64,000 bases of DNA, taken from positions 186,001 to 250,000 of IMG/VR virus record IMGVR_UViG_3300034073_003340. One strand, 5' to 3'. The position numbers and the translations under genes are program-made. Under the pieces are notes generated by a model. The model worked only from the letters and a program-made list of their open reading frames with translations. It ran no database searches and had not been told where the DNA came from. Shown here one piece after another: positions 63,755 through 64,000 of the stretch. How positions within the stretch are numbered: the first letter of the stretch is position 1; the number at the start of each line of letters is the position of its first letter.

Positions 63755-63827
63755 TTCCGATCTCCTTTGTGACTTGCTATTCACCAGTTCTAACAGAAAC
63801 AGGGTAGATGTCAACCATATTCATGGA

Positions 63828-63852
63828 AAGAGCGGGGAAAACCCCCGCTCTT
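63828..63852. terminator. Hairpin terminator after hsp20
   Basis: aagagcgggg...ccccgctctt flanked by a T run. Confidence 0.75.
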
Positions 63853-63854
63853 TT

Positions 63855-63998
63855 TTAGCCGATGGCAATCTGCCTTGGCTTTGCTTCTTCGGGCATTTCC
63901 CGAATTAGGTCAATTAGGAGCAAACCGTGCTCAAGCTTTGCTTCTTTGACATGGACATAATCACCTAGTTTCCATTCTCTAGCAAAGTCCCTGAACGC
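63855..63998 (-). CDS. ibpA: Small heat-shock protein Hsp20/IbpA (3' part only)
   Basis: AFRDFAREWKLGDYVHVKEAKLEHGLLLIDLIREMPEEAKPRQIAIG*. Confidence 0.85.
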   Translation of the reverse strand, partial: AFRDFAREWKLGDYVHVKEAKLEHGLLLIDLIREMPEEAKPRQIAIG

Positions 63999-64000
63999 GA

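Larger units (their letters stand above)
29248..63816 (-). repeat. Dispersed promoter-hairpin-RBS cassette repeat, at least 32 copies
   Basis: GTCAACC on + (GGTTGAC on -) at about 29253, 29691, 32744, 37790, 38243, 38658, 39711, 40149, 40583, 41092, 41614, 42317, 42573, 44206, 44990, 45390, 48877, 49449, 50441, 51296, 51698, 52164, 52568, 53256, 54429, 54772, 55156, 57260, 58381, 61152, 62954 and 63810; minus-strand consensus AACTGG-TTGAC(A/T)-N16 (often containing CACCAG)-TA(G/T)AA(C/T)...AGGAGATCGAA-ATG. Confidence 0.9.

Noticed and set aside
39719-63814. Shared N-terminal peptide xxxxQTRRS(K/E)M on many ORF-track proteins, resembling a targeting or Tat signal
   Set aside because: It is the translation of the conserved promoter leader and RBS (from the TTG of TTGAC or another alternative start); real starts follow AGGAGATCGAA.
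1-64000. tRNA, rRNA, CRISPR array, introns or homing endonucleases, transposases
   Set aside because: None recognised by eye; tRNAscan-SE/Infernal would be needed to exclude small RNA genes.

Overview
A 64 kb segment of a large, probably jumbo, lytic myovirus-like phage. The host is inferred to be an alphaproteobacterium, from the alpha-type GluRS, Hsp20, FtsK and TTGAC-N16-GCTANAWC-like promoters. Four zones are visible. (1) 1-9.8 kb: about 31 small, tightly coupled paralogous ORFs that almost all end in F-x-D/E-x-x-x-A-x-L-F-K-L-x-W-(G-G), with an M15 endolysin embedded; 8 more copies lie at 21-22.6, 32.8 and 60.1-60.7 kb. (2) 9.7-10.3 kb: a largely non-coding region with CACTAT(A/G)G repeats. 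(3) 10.6-20.9 kb: virion, baseplate and fibre genes with TAAATA late-promoter boxes, including three genes whose Ig-like domains appear split between polypeptides. (4) 22.6-64 kb: a minus-strand early/host-takeover region built from at least 32 promoter-hairpin-RBS cassettes. It carries GltX, an acyl-CoA thioesterase, MazG-like, HD-like, RMF-like and WGR-like proteins, an M23 peptidase, a motor-only FtsK, an NMNAT-PRTase fusion, three AbrB-like paralogs, a twin MNWP minigene transcript and a partial Hsp20. No tRNA, rRNA, CRISPR array, integrase or transposase was recognised. All family calls come from motif recognition by eye, with no database search. Many starts were moved from the ORF track to the codon that follows a Shine-Dalgarno sequence or overlaps the upstream stop.
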